DNA from: Phoronis australis
Taxonomy: Eukaryota; Animalia; Phoronida
Assembly (NCBI GenBank): GCA_002633005.1
Contig: NMRA01000402.1
Span: 146,138 to 210,137 of the forward strand
Reading direction: 5' to 3'
Length of the DNA: 64,000 nt
Of this stretch, positions 51,301-60,594 are shown piece by piece. The position numbers and the translations under genes are program-made. The stretch's first letter is position 1, and every line of letters begins with the position of its first letter. The notes below the pieces were generated by a model. The model worked only from the letters and a program-made list of their open reading frames with translations. It had not been told where the DNA came from and did not search any database.

Positions 51301-52321
51301 CGTTTGATTGTTGCATGACGTCAAGTGCATTGTTCAACAATAACAACGTGATGCTTGATAATGGGACTAGCCCCAGATGGGTACACAAAGTATAATATGA
51401 TATCCACCAACAGTACAGGATGGTTACACGAACTTCCAAATGGCTAAAATATAATATACAGTACCATATGGGTACACAACCGCCGACTCAGCGATAACGA
51501 TACTGAGTACGCAGATTTCTGATAGATTGAGTAAGCAGACCTACCGGAGAGCCGTAATTTGCCCAGTGCGTACAGCCAGACTGAGCAGTGCTGTCGTTAT
51601 GTGGGTACAGAGAGATACGGACAAGGTGGTGTTTTGGTGCGCTTATCGCCACAAGGTCTGCAGAAGCTTTGAAAAATATTTCCAAACACTTTAATGTACG
51701 TGTGTTCTGGTGGAAAGTTAGTTTTAATGACACGTGTTGAATATTCTTCTTCAGGAACCATGGTTCTGGCCAGTTGTCATCGCCGCTTGTGTACTTTTGG
51801 CTGTGGTCGTTCTAGCCGCGGTAGGGACTTCGATAAGCAAGTCGAGGTAAGCATTGCCCAGAAAGAGGTCGAAACTCATGGGTAGTACGACCGGTGTGAT
51901 TTTGCACATGTTAAAAAATACAACCTGGTAGGTTTAGGAATATTTCTTTAAGCTGATTAGTCGGGGGGTTGTCAGTGTGCGTAAATAACAACGCAAAAGT
52001 CAATCCCAGTACAATCATGAGTGTGAATTGTTTTCCCTCTCTCAAGGATTTAACTCAAGCTGATGAACATTTGCAACAAATACAGCTTACATGTTTTCTG
52101 TGTAACCTGCTGTTGATTGTTGTTTTTCACTCTCGTATAACCATATGTTCCGGAATACAAATCAGATTATTTTTCATGTTTTCAGAAACAAAAGGAAAAA
52201 CTCGTTCCAAGTTGACAATGACCCTAGCAAAATGAACGATACGAATTTCAACGAGGAACATTTTGTGAGTCCATCAGAATTCCAAAACCCTACATACGAT
52301 GACGCTGCATTAAAAGTGTGA
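12304..52321 (+). CDS. Giant (~4,143 aa) single-pass membrane protein: signal peptide - C2/MNNL - DSL - EGF - Ser/Thr mucin - ~25 SEA-like repeats - TM - NPxY/PDZ tail (Delta-like head on a transmembrane-mucin body)
   Basis: 47 GT-AG exons, all phases consistent, total 12,432 nt: 12304-12354, 12681-12850, 13957-14077, 17412-17593, 19445-19635, 20025-22260, 22563-22816, 23170-23212, 23423-23926, 25588-25841, 26220-26262, 26468-26971, 27873-28126, 28478-28520, 28737-29240, 30149-30402, 30759-30801, 31003-31506, 31949-32202, 32467-32518, 32695-33138, 33935-34188, 34468-34519, 35259-35783, 36232-36491, 36825-36876, 37819-38310, 38639-38886, 39503-39554, 40608-41261, 41929-42179, 42437-42488, 42663-42913, 42979-43045, 43603-43883, 44301-44370, 44685-44968, 45510-45830, 46633-46699, 47348-47638, 47943-48163, 48789-48855, 49210-49439, 49817-49880, 50162-50354, 51755-51846, 52186-52321. 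The N at 42919 lies in an intron and could hide further exons. Confidence 0.85.
12331..12427. repeat. 47-bp direct repeat (50-bp period) duplicating the exon-1 donor site
   Basis: gtatcttttatttttatatatcaggtaaatggctcattcataaatta at 12331 and 12381. Confidence 0.95.
12681..17593 (+). CDS. Exons 2-4: Notch-ligand N-terminal C2 (MNNL) domain
   Basis: GKMLVRFLEYQNPGNIAFNGQCCDG..GTCFESCNPVFTLCLK / APCDGSYG..ISLDFNRWK / GNATIIIEVHDYD..DELVDSF parallels the Delta/Jagged pattern G.FEL....F.N..G....G.CC....C...C.T.FR.CLK..PC.YG......W.G...LI.EA. Confidence 0.88.
18488..18888. mobile_element. PIF/Harbinger-like MITE (~400 bp, long imperfect TIRs, CTG TSD); decayed relatives in the cassette introns
   Basis: ctg|ggctcggtctccaatctttttactcgaaatggaactcgaaa ... 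tttcgagttcatttcgagtacaaagattagagaccgggac|ctg. Related ctcgaaattg/ttcgagt-rich sequence at ~24230-24635, ~27290-27660 and ~29550-29940. Confidence 0.7.
19445..19635 (+). CDS. Exon 5: DSL domain
   Basis: CDKHYYTADCSVRCVPQDSCAGHYNCDQTDGSKICHSGWGGENC matches the DSL cysteine/YY/GHY/GW.G..C pattern. Confidence 0.92.
20025..22260 (+). CDS. Exon 6 (2,236 nt): EGF domain + long Ser/Thr/Pro mucin region + start of the first SEA-like repeat
   Basis: NPCMNNATCIPYKTSSYCCCPPDWKGRKC followed by a strongly S/T-rich tract (ORF 19952-22264); ends ALGDNG/gtaag. Confidence 0.92.
22563..32202 (+). repeat. Recent tandem segmental duplication: four near-identical 3-exon cassettes (254+43+504 nt) plus a fifth 254-nt exon, with introns also alignable
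   Basis: The 254-nt exons start at 22563, 25588, 27873, 30149 and 31949 (spacing 3025, 2285, 2276, 1800) and encode nearly identical VRLTVYTYRLKFPSDGSVTSL...DAWLTIFP. Confidence 0.95.
25085..25238. mobile_element. Short GC-rich MITE-like insertion (CAGTGGCG...CGCCCCTG), unique to the first cassette intron
   Basis: Terminal inverted repeats with a G-run/C-run core; imperfect flanking duplication gacgc/aacgc. Confidence 0.5.
51261..51373. mobile_element. Possible small Harbinger-like MITE inside a degenerate 'gatgggtacac' repeat region (~51080-51610)
   Basis: cag|ggctgagttgcat ... atgggactagccc|cag; the flanks carry repeated (a)gatgggtacac-like words. Confidence 0.35.
51755..51846 (+). CDS. 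Exon 46: transmembrane helix
   Basis: EPWFWPVVIAACVLLAVVVLAAVGTSISKS, followed by the basic stop-transfer RNKRK in the next exon. Confidence 0.9.
52186..52321 (+). CDS. Exon 47: cytoplasmic tail with FQNPTY and C-terminal -LKV
   Basis: RNKRKNSFQVDNDPSKMNDTNFNEEHFVSPSEFQNPTYDDAALKV*; the phase-2 junction matches the TM exon. Confidence 0.88.
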
Positions 52322-54116
52322 CGCCGTCAAACCTTCGATGCTGATTTTCCTTCGGATCTGATCACCTTGGCTTCCGCTACCACTTGCCAACGCATTTGAT
52401 ATTGTAATATTTGGATGTTTAGAAACCAATTGTATGCTGTTTGTTTGTTACGCGGTAACGCAATAAGTAGATTTTTTTCACGTAAGAGTGTCTCAAACCT
52501 ATAGGACTATGCATCGTTCTGTTTCTTGACGTGGTTGAATTAACACACGTGGATGCATGTATAGTGGCGGATAATGTAGATATTTGTTTATTGTATTGAC
52601 ACTGTAGAATACGACGTAAGGTTGTAAGGTTGCCGTTTGGAGAAGAGAACGCGCTAAAAATTTCGTAGACCTGACCGATTCCTTCGCATCACGCCATTTA
52701 TGTAAGGACTAGGTGTCCCCCTGAACTCAGTGTCTTGCCTAAATGTTCTTGAATGGAGCATCCACGCATTTACCGAACGACTCACGGGACCGTATTTAGG
52801 CAATCAAAGAAATTCAGGTAACACATTGAAGACGTTTCTTGGGTTTTCTGTCTTAGTACACAACCTTGCCTGATCAGCATCCGATGATCTCCCTTCTTCT
52901 GGCGGTTACCAACATCTCCACCAGACGATGACATATCAGATGAGTGATTCCACACTAATAGCTCCGTGCTTTACAACCGCGGACGTTCATTTCCAATACA
53001 CCCTACCGAGAGGGAGATTATGTCATGTCTTCAGGGGACAAACAATATAGAGTGAACTAGACCCACGCATTGGACTGATACTCGATTATTCGATGTTTTT
53101 CTTGTAGCGGACAGGACAAACACTGTGAAGTAATCCATACAAAGTCTCCCTTGTATGATAAGGACGTGGAATCGTAGACAGTGACATTAACGGGCCAGTA
53201 GTTATTTGTTTTTTTTCGAAAGATATCGAAGTCCTTCTCCCTTTGTTTTCTGAAATTGTTACACTTTTTGCCTTAGTTTTGGGCTCATCAATTCTCTCTT
53301 CCGATGTAGGATTTCTTGAACTTGTTTGGAAACCCATTTGAGGTCTTATAAACCTCAGTCAAATTCTAACTGCACAGCATCAGGCTAGAGTTATGACGTC
53401 AAGGGAAGGGGTGGCAAAACCCATCTTGTTTCTCATCTCGCATATGGTATTACTGTATACGTAGTCCAGTTGCTTCTTTAAACTGGAAAGCGTTGACTAT
53501 CGTAGCATCAGCGCTATTATTGGGCGAAAGATTATAGTAGGTTAAGAAGAAAGAGAAGTGTGTCAGATTACCTTATAAGTTAATTGCACTTATTTAAGTT
53601 ATCCGGTTCTATGCTGTATAGTCGTCATTTTAAATGATTTTCAGGTTGGGTTTGGTGCGATGTGATTAACAAAACTCAAAGCAGGGTATATTTTTCTCAT
53701 GTCATCAATTATGAATGTTATGTTTACCGTTTATACTACTTTGGTATGGGAGTACCGATTCACTGGTGTACATTTTACATGCTCACAAAATGTGCACGAT
53801 GAGTTACTCGATGGCAGGTGTATTTGATACTGTGATAATCAAGGAGTACCTTGTATCTTCAGTGTACTTTAAGCCAGACAAAATTTCGGAAATGGATTAT
53901 GCCTTCATCAGATTGTACGAAGTAATGATTCTGTGGTCTTGTATTGTACACAAAAACAAATTTTATTACCAATTGTTATCATGTATAAACTATTTTGCAA
54001 CGTGACGCGGACAATCGCTGCCGAATGGTCGTGTAAGGAGACGCCATTTTCAATGTGGGAACGTGAAACTTTTTCAACTGGTAATATGACTGAACACGAA
54101 GTTACTTTTTTGTATA

Positions 54117-54122
54117 AATAAA
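54117..54122 (+). promoter_or_regulatory. Candidate polyadenylation signal for the giant DSL-mucin gene (~1.8-kb 3' UTR)
   Basis: AATAAA preceded by ttttttgta and followed by T-rich sequence. Confidence 0.4.
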
Positions 54123-54546
54123 TCTATTTATTGTACACCATCACTTTCATGTCTCTTACAGCAAATATGTTACCACGAGCTGGATTTTAAAACACAGGAT
54201 TTTTTTCGGATTCCTCTACATGTTTCTTTTCTCACGAATTACACTTCTGTTTTTGTTACAACTTGGTGTTTTGGTGATACATTTTATCTTTACTATGATT
54301 ACCGCTGGAGTAAGCGTGAAAGTATGCAGTAAGACAAACAGAAACACAGCTTGGGAAAAATAATTGATTGACCGAAAGTCGTACAGTGTGTGTTTTAATA
54401 AAAAGTATTGTGCGATTCGTGAAGGAGGTGGCCTGAAATCGACATCATGAGTCTGTGACGTATCCGCTACGCACGTTAGATTTGCATGTCAGCGAAAGGT
54501 CATGGGCTGTTTGGTTCTTTGGAGCACGACTCGAATTAAAATTCAC

Positions 54547-54554
54547 TATAAATA
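54547..54554 (+). promoter_or_regulatory. TATA-box-like element upstream of the orphan ORF
   Basis: TATAAATA 28 nt before the ATG at 54575. Confidence 0.3.
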
Positions 54555-54574
54555 GAAATTGGCCACTTGCAAAA

Positions 54575-55144
54575 ATGGAAGTAATAGTTGACGATTTGGA
54601 TATTGCTTATAAAGCTCTGTCAAAGCTGTCAACTGACGATAGAACATTTTATGGGAAATACGAAGAACCGGCTAGCATGACTGTTCTTGTGAAGGGTGTG
54701 CGAGACCGGGTGGTCATATCGGTGGACAAGGCGAGTCCCACCCTAATTGCAGTTTTAGAGACAATATATAATGTAAACAAACATAGGCACAGGTCGCAGC
54801 ACGGACACTCAGTTGAATGCGCATACAAAGTCTGGAAAGGAGTCGTTGTTGAACGCCACGGAAGAACGCCAACTTTGCGAATTTGTGTTGATATATGGGC
54901 TTTAATGTCAGAAGAGCTGAGGCAACAGCTGTCTAAGGTTTCCCAAGGCAGCATTCAAAAGTTTGTCGTAACTGGCATGAGGGAATGGGAGAATATCACG
55001 TGGCGCATACCCGGATACTGTACCGGATATGACGTTGTTTTAGACATGCCGGATTCTAAAGTAAAGAAAAAAGACAAAGACAAAGACGACGATATACAAT
55101 ACTTTGAACAAAAGCCAAGCACTCATAATGGCAAGAAAAAATAA
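54575..55144 (+). CDS. Intronless 189-aa hypothetical protein (MEVIVDDL...NGKKK)
   Basis: Longest non-antisense ORF outside the two genes (open from 54455); aaaaATGG start, protein-like composition, K/D-rich C-terminal tail, AATAAA at 55239-55244. No family recognised. Confidence 0.55.
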   Translation: MEVIVDDLDIAYKALSKLSTDDRTFYGKYEEPASMTVLVKGVRDRVVISVDKASPTLIAVLETIYNVNKHRHRSQHGHSVECAYKVWKGVVVERHGRTPTLRICVDIWALMSEELRQQLSKVSQGSIQKFVVTGMREWENITWRIPGYCTGYDVVLDMPDSKVKKKDKDKDDDIQYFEQKPSTHNGKKK

Positions 55145-58100
55145 TTTTTTAAATGAAAAATCTTTGTTATTTTGTTAAGCTCGATCTTGCCCCAAAGATT
55201 TAGATTTTTGGAAGACGTGTTTCGTGAACCACTCCGCTAATAAATACTAATATTTGACGTTGTCAGTAAAAACTCGTCACTTTGCCATATTGTTTATTAA
55301 GTAAAGATTGAAAAGCACAGTTCGAATAAGCCGCCAGCAACTGAAGTTTTCTGGTCGACAGGGTTGTCCATTTCCAGGTCCTATTAACTGGGATTCCTGA
55401 AAAGTATGAAAAGCGAAGTTAATGTATAAGTCATTTTCGTACTTATGTGCCGGAAAACGAAGATGCATTTCAGCAAAAAAAGCTGTTTTCGCATTCTTGA
55501 CGCTTGTCAATGTTTAATTCTGTCCAGTCGAATGCCTTAGAAAAAAACATCTATGAGTGACGTTGGATAATTCAAAAGTGCATTTAATAATTACTTCCCA
55601 TCCAGCTCTTTAAAACAAAACAATACTTCGTAACCCTAGTCAAAGCCTCAGATGTTTGCAGCTAATTTGCAAATTGCAGGCTTACACAGAAGCAAAATCG
55701 ACAAGCTTGGCCTACGATTTAGGCGAGCTGCACGATAATTGTGGGGAAAGGCCCGCCACCAAGAATCATAATTTGAATTCTCAGAAAATGTGACTAACTA
55801 TTTTCAATTGAACCTTGGCGTTATCGCTCAAGTCGTAAGCCAATGGAAAATTACCATGCGACAGAACAGGGATTGATTGAAATCACCAAAAGAAGGCACG
55901 AACGAGATCGTTGCTCAAAAGACTAACCTCCGACTTAGGCCACACCCCGTTACGTAACTGTTATTCGGATCACGAGGTATTTAGTTTCTAGGCAAAAACA
56001 AAAGTTTCTTACTGCTTGAGGCCATACATGTATATAGCGCATAAAATGATCGGCGGGCAGGATCAAGACCACTTACAGTGCCAGTTCTTTAGCAATAAGG
56101 AAACATCCTTTTTTGTCTGACTATAAACAAGATTACAGCCATATTTGTCACGGTAAGTGATCTAAACCAAAATTTGTTTTGGCTTAAGGTAGGTCAACGA
56201 AAGCGGTAAATGACTGAACTCTTTGGCTGTAAATCGGTCTGACGTAGGACAGTGTCCTTGCAGGGGTTGACGTTGTACATGTATCTCACCTTTTCATCTC
56301 GTTTACTGCGTCGATGCAGCGCAAGACGCGCAGCAGGACTTCTGAATTGCAAGAGAATTGTCGTCATTCTGAGTGCAGAACGATCCGCCAGTTGCCGTGA
56401 CAAGAGCAGAACACTCCGTAAACAGCTTTTCTTCACCAGACGGATACGTCAAAGTCACCGATATAGACGCGTCAGTGCAACCTGAAGAAACGTCGCATGT
56501 ATGAATTTTCTGCTCTCAAGCACTTCCAAACTTGGAAAATTCTAAGCATGATCGTGTAAAAAACGTCATTAATGTATTATTGGTGTAAAGTGTTCTGTAC
56601 AAAAGACAGCATCGCAAAGTACTTCACAAAATAGGTGCAGTAGATGTGTGTATTATGAACTTCTTCAGAAACATGTATATGATACAGAGGTGCCGCTTGT
56701 CAGTATACGTTTCCCAATGTAGCCAGCCTTGTACAACTGTGGGCTATTCGTTAACTGTATATTTCATTTTGGCACTTACTTGCACTCGTAGGTTTCGCTG
56801 TGGTTGTAAACTCATCGCCTAAAAAACATTAAAACAAGGAATGCGTTAAAAACGTCACGCAATCGCAAAGACACTTCTGTGATACGCTTCAGTTCTTGCT
56901 TTGATCATGAGTGTTTAAGAAACAAAATTGCTGACAAGTTGATTTTGGAACTCTAAATCATCACTGGTAATAGTAGGGAAAAGTACTTCAGATTTCTTAT
57001 TTATCCTCAAAAAATGTAGAAATCAACCAACAAGTTCCATTTTCATAAAAACGCCTCAAGTCCTCACTTTGTCGGCCAATATTTCTGCTGTTTCAGAGTA
57101 AATCACATTTGACATGCATCCTTGCGACACAACAAAAACGAATGTGAAAAATTACGTTCGAACCGAACGACGCGCTGAAGAGCTGTGAGTGCCCGAACCT
57201 CCCAAAATCGCTTGAAATCAATACCCCTGGAAATCTCCCCCAACACTGATTTGGCAGGTAATTGAATTCAGCCGAGGTTCTCCCAACCAACTCGCGCATT
57301 TGGCTCATAATGTCGTTTAATAAATAACAAGGGCAGCGACAATAATAGAAACAGAATGTCACACCATTTGTGTTTACCTTTTTGAAAGACCACCCCTACA
57401 ACGTTACGATTGCATTAAAATCTTCGTTTTGGCTTGTGATTTGGGTTGTTGCAACTTTTAAGGTTTTCGATGCGGCGTGTTGGCATCTCTTACTTTATTT
57501 GTAATTTCTACGGATCGATTTATTGTAGTTAGAGATTTGTGCTTTCGACGTGACCAACTTATCGTATCACGAAGCTTTAGTTCACTGCCGTGGCATGCTA
57601 CCAGTGTCGGATTATCCAAATGTTGTCAAGGTACATTGCACACCTTAGAACTCCCACACAAATTAGATACTACATGTATGCCTTATAGCCGCACTGGAAC
57701 CTTTGAGACTCACTTTAGAGATGAAAGTCGTACACAATGATTAATTAAAACCATTTCCAGTGTGACATTGAAAATGGGACCTTTGACCATTAACGTAAAC
57801 CAAACAATGGCGACTTTAAGCTGCAGCAAGTCCGATTGAAGGCAACTCATGTAAGTCCTGACCGGTTAAAATATTTATAAAGGCATCGTAGTATTCAAGT
57901 ATATTCTACACTTGGAATTATTTGTGGAAAATCGCTAGCTTCACTGGCTTGCCTCATACAGTGATGTCGACCTCAGATTTGAAGTGCGATCACACATGAT
58001 AATCTGCCGTTAATATCCAGCTGCTCAATCAAATGGTTGCCGAATAATCGTGAGCGCATGTGCGCATTAAACATAAGTAGGAGGGAGATCACAAACTCTG

Positions 58101-59736
58101 TGGTGACTACAGTTTTAACTTCGCGCGTCTTTCAAAAATCGTGTGTTTTGTTACTTTTTCTGTAGTAGATATTGCGAGATCGTACGTTCGTCTGGAATTT
58201 GATAAACGATATTTTGACGCGTTTTCGCGTTCCATGCGTCCTTAAAACAACCAATCCCTGTTAAATTATAAAAGTATGTTGAACAAACCAATCAAGTTGT
58301 CATGTTTGAACGAGATTGACAACTACAAAGGCTTTTACTCCTGCTATCGATTTAATAAGTGTTTGAAAAGCATGTCGGCTTTCCGTACAAAGCACGCAAT
58401 AAGTGTAACACAGGAGGTGGCCTTTGAAAGGAATTTGTTCGCTCGACAACTACGATTGCCGGGACAGCGATGACAGTCAGTGATTTGTTCCCTTGGATGT
58501 TGCATTGCATGCGTTCCACCAAACAGAAGCGCGATCTAAACAGTAACAAGTGAACAACAAATAGTTAAGCTTAAAGCCTATCTTCAACGGTAACACATGT
58601 AAAATTGGTTCCTACGGTATGTTAAGAGCATCGCTCTGAACCCACTAGTGCCATAAATTGCCAAATATAACGTAGGCGTATTGGCTCGCTTTTATCTACG
58701 TCACCGCGAGAATCACCTTTAGTTCAAACAGCTGCGAATAACACCCGCACCCAATGGTGTTCTATTCAGACCCCTATTCAATACAACCTTTTGTTATTTG
58801 TGCTTGGATCTCGCGGTGACGCAACATGACAGGAAATGGCAGCTTCGCACGGGCTTACACTAGCATGATTGAACTCGCGTTTTCTTATTTTACTAAGGCT
58901 CTGCTAGGACTATCTGGTTAGCCAAATACATCTTAAGTAACAAAATTTCGTTGAAGTCAGACTTTAAGCGTGTAAACTTTAATTGTCCTTTATTGAACAA
59001 TGCTGGTTAGACGCCGGCTCAGTGGGCACGTAAACTGACTGACATCGGAGCAGACGTCTTCACTGACCAGACTACAACGTCCTATAGTGATCAAATACAT
59101 GTAGACATGCTTAGGGATTACTTTTCGAGTCAATTATGACGCGCCTAATTGTGTTCGGATAAGATCAAATCACTTGTCACCAGGTGACGCTAAGCGCGTT
59201 CAATAGACGAAGCCTCAAACGAGTAAATGCAGCAATTGGCAGTCACTTCCACATAACATTACAGTATGGGCATATTTTTTCTCAATTCTAGACTCGACAG
59301 AACTGAAAAGAGGTCGCTTTTTCAGGTACTCGGTGGGAATCAAAGTTTTTGTACATAAGTTTACGGTCGACTTCTGGAGACAAATCTTGAACAGATTAAC
59401 AACTAATTTCTTCTCATAAACGTTAGTAGGCCTTTATATAATTCGTATTAAATGTTTTGCTTGAGAAAGTATATCAGAATGGCGTTAATTCTTTGCATCT
59501 TATTAATACATAGACGACTCTTCAAATATTCATTGCATTGTTTCATGAGTCCGTCATCATTGTATTCAGTCAGTTGCGTGTCAGGAACTGCCAAAAGTCG
59601 ACGCCGGAATGCACAATTCATAGCTCTGACCGCACCCCGGGAATAAGTCTAGATCCATATTCTCAAACATTCGAGCTCCCCGATTTTTTTGAGGGGGGTG
59701 GGCCCATGTATTGAGAGGTGGTTATTTTGTCCTTCC

Positions 59737-59810
59737 GCACTTTGAAGTCCATAAAAGCGATGTTTGAATTGCACTTTGAAGTCCATAAAAGCGATGTTGG
59801 AATTGCCCTT
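59737..59810. repeat. 34-bp tandem repeat, ~2.2 copies
   Basis: gcactttgaagtccataaaagcgatgtt(t/g)gaatt at 59737 and 59771. Confidence 0.9.
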
Positions 59811-60453
59811 GATAAGGGGTCACTCCAACGACATTTTTTGTCAATCTTGGTCGTTTAGATACGTGCATGATCACGGTACTTGGCAAGGTGCTTACTATGA
59901 ATCCGTCAGCCACTGCACCGCCTGACGTAACGTATTATGTCATATAATCAATCATGTATGTCACTCCGTTTCTTTGCAAGTGCGGGGATGTACGTGTTGT
60001 TGTTTGCCCGGTTGTCCCGGACATGAAACGTCACGAAACAGTGGAACTGAAAAATATTTCAGATTTCAGAATAACCAAGGGCGTTTCCACAGAGGCTACC
60101 AATATCTCCTCGTTTGTCAGTGCCATGGCAGTGACAATGATTGGATATCTTGGTAGGGAAACAGCTAGGGCGCGAAGTGGTGGGGGTTGACATCATTGTC
60201 AATCGATTAAATATGTCATTTATTGATGTGTATTATTCCTTTAACAAAATTAAAACTGAAAAAAGATTCTGAAAGGAGTCTGTGATTCTTAATAAGTTTT
60301 CGCTTTCTGGTGAAATTGAAACCGTGAAGCAAGTACAGAGGTTGCATAAAAGGGAACGCACAAACTAGACTACTGATATTGCTTCGTACTATTTTGGTAA
60401 TAGTTTTTACTTTTGTTTATCCTGTTCGAGATTTATATATTTCCTACAGGAAA

Positions 60454-60594
60454 CATAGGTGGCGCAGCACTGTAAAAAAGGGGCTATAGCCCCCATCCCT
60501 CCTGTGTTGCACCGCCCATAGGCCATGGTCGGCGCAGCACTGAAAAAGTGGGGGGCTATAGTTCCCCCAACCCTCTTATGGCGTGCTGCCCATG
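60454..60594. mobile_element. Two adjacent ~70-bp mini inverted-repeat elements of the same family
   Basis: cataggtggcgcagcac...gcaccgcccata (60454-60520) and catggtcggcgcagcac...gtgctgcccatg (60524-60594), each with a ggggctatag(c/t)cccc internal hairpin. Confidence 0.55.
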
